From: Harriotta raleighana
Lineage: Eukaryota
Length of the DNA stretch: 64,000 nt
Assembly: GCA_050575255.1 (NCBI GenBank)
Contig: JBNZDD010013731.1
Location: 12,300,998 to 12,364,997 of the forward strand
Direction: 5' to 3'
Program-made: the position numbers and the translations under genes
Shown: positions 62,701 to 64,000 of the stretch, piece after piece
Position numbering within the stretch: the stretch's first letter is position 1
Layout: each line of letters opens with the position of its first letter
The notes under the pieces: generated by a model
Seen by the model: the letters and a program-made list of their open reading frames with translations, nothing else
Databases searched by the model: none
What the model was told of the DNA's origin: nothing

Positions 62701-63344
62701 GTTTACTGTAAAAAACAAACATTTTAAGGCATTTGCAAAATGTCCGTACGCTCATACCACTGAAACTGAAAATGCGGTCAATTATTCAAGCCTTGACAGC
62801 TCAAGGTTAGTAAATAAATGATCAGAACCTTTTTAATTGGTGAAGGAAAAAATAAACCATGTATACGGTGTCTAAAAGTCTTGAGTTTTGAACCTTTCTT
62901 GCATATATTCAGGTTACTTTAATCTCAGGAATATGGCATGAAAATTGTGACACATTATCACAGCGCTATGAATGAGCTCATTGCTTTGACACATGTTTTC
63001 TCTTATGGCGAACCCCTCCCACTTTCTTTCAAAAGTTGAAAACAATGCACAGCTTCACTTCTTCAATCGTGAGAGATCATTCAGTGTTGGCGGCATCTCC
63101 ACTTTAATCAAATGACACAAGCCGGCAGGCAATGTTGGGATCAAATGAAAGAACAATTTATTGGCACAGAACGTACTGAGTCATTTCATGCGTTATTGAT
63201 TCACGTAAACAAAGAAACAAACATTGAAACAGAAAAATATGCCACACATGTTTATCAAACACAGCCAAGTATAGTGATTGTAAAGTTAAACTTTTACTCA
63301 GACTTCATACCCTATGCTTCATACACACTCAGTTCATACTCCAC

Positions 63345-63625
63345 CTTAATTATAGTCTGGGCTGACACTCCAGTGCAATACTGAGGAATGCTGGAATGTC
63401 GGAGGTGTTCTCATTCGAATGAGATGTAAAACTGAGTTGCTGCTTACCTTTTTGCAGATACCACAACACTATGTCAAAAGAGAAAGTACTGACCAACAAC
63501 ACACCAGATTAAATGGCCATTTGCTTCATGGCTGTTTGTGGGACCCTGTTATGCATAAATTGCTGGTGTTATCTGCTTACAAAAAAGAATCACTACATTT
63601 GATAGCAATTGCTTATTTTGAAAGA
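63345..63625 (+). mobile_element. Family B Deu-type SINE fragment
   Basis: GGCTGACACTCCAGTGCAATACTGAGG..GTCGGAGGTG..ATGAGATGTAAAAC..GCTGTTTGTGGGACCCTG..AAATTGCTG. Confidence 0.8.
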
Positions 63626-64000
63626 AGACCAAGGTACATCTAGTTCACCTTCTGCAATCCTGGCAGTCACTTGTCATATCCCAGATAATATATTGTTTCC
63701 CCTATATACTTTAAAGAGTTACTTTAAAGTGAATAGACAACAACATAATTACATTTGTATAACGCCTTTCATGTCATGAGGATGTCCCAAGGGGCTGGAC
63801 AAATATAACAGCTAATCTACACTAGCATCATGTAGTAAATGGCAACCATAGCACCCTTGCAGCATCATGCTGTTCTAAATCTTGAAATGTCGATTCATAA
63901 CCCAGCTAGAATCCTTTTGCATCAAAAGTCCATTAGACTACACCTAACAGGTGCAAACTTCATGTCATAGCTTCAGTTCTGTCTATTCTAGGGAACCAAA

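Overview
This is not a prokaryotic window. It is AT-rich, CpG-depleted vertebrate DNA, most likely from a cartilaginous fish. The retroposons, recognised from memory, look like those of holocephalans and sharks; this was not database-checked. The window reads as intronic or intergenic and is densely filled with decayed repeats: a younger tRNA-headed SINE family with an L2-type tail and (TTA)n end; an older Deu-domain-type SINE family; many 5'-truncated L2 and CR1 LINE fragments; one solo LTR with a 4-bp target-site duplication (TSD); and a Penelope-like terminal fragment carrying a decayed minimal hammerhead ribozyme. The only ORFs with recognisable protein motifs are broken CR1/L2 reverse-transcriptase pieces. 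No intact host gene could be identified, only low-confidence candidate exons. There is a 623-nt assembly gap at 1670-2292. I found no convincing new biological system. The best leads are small structural observations: a covarying 3' RNA stem-loop shared by SINE and L2 families, abundant tail-only L2 insertions, an inverted duplication around an L2 junction, a templated 55-bp insertion and an NRF1/CRE-motif CpG cassette. Repeat boundaries were judged by eye and are approximate (about +/-20 nt) unless stated as exact.
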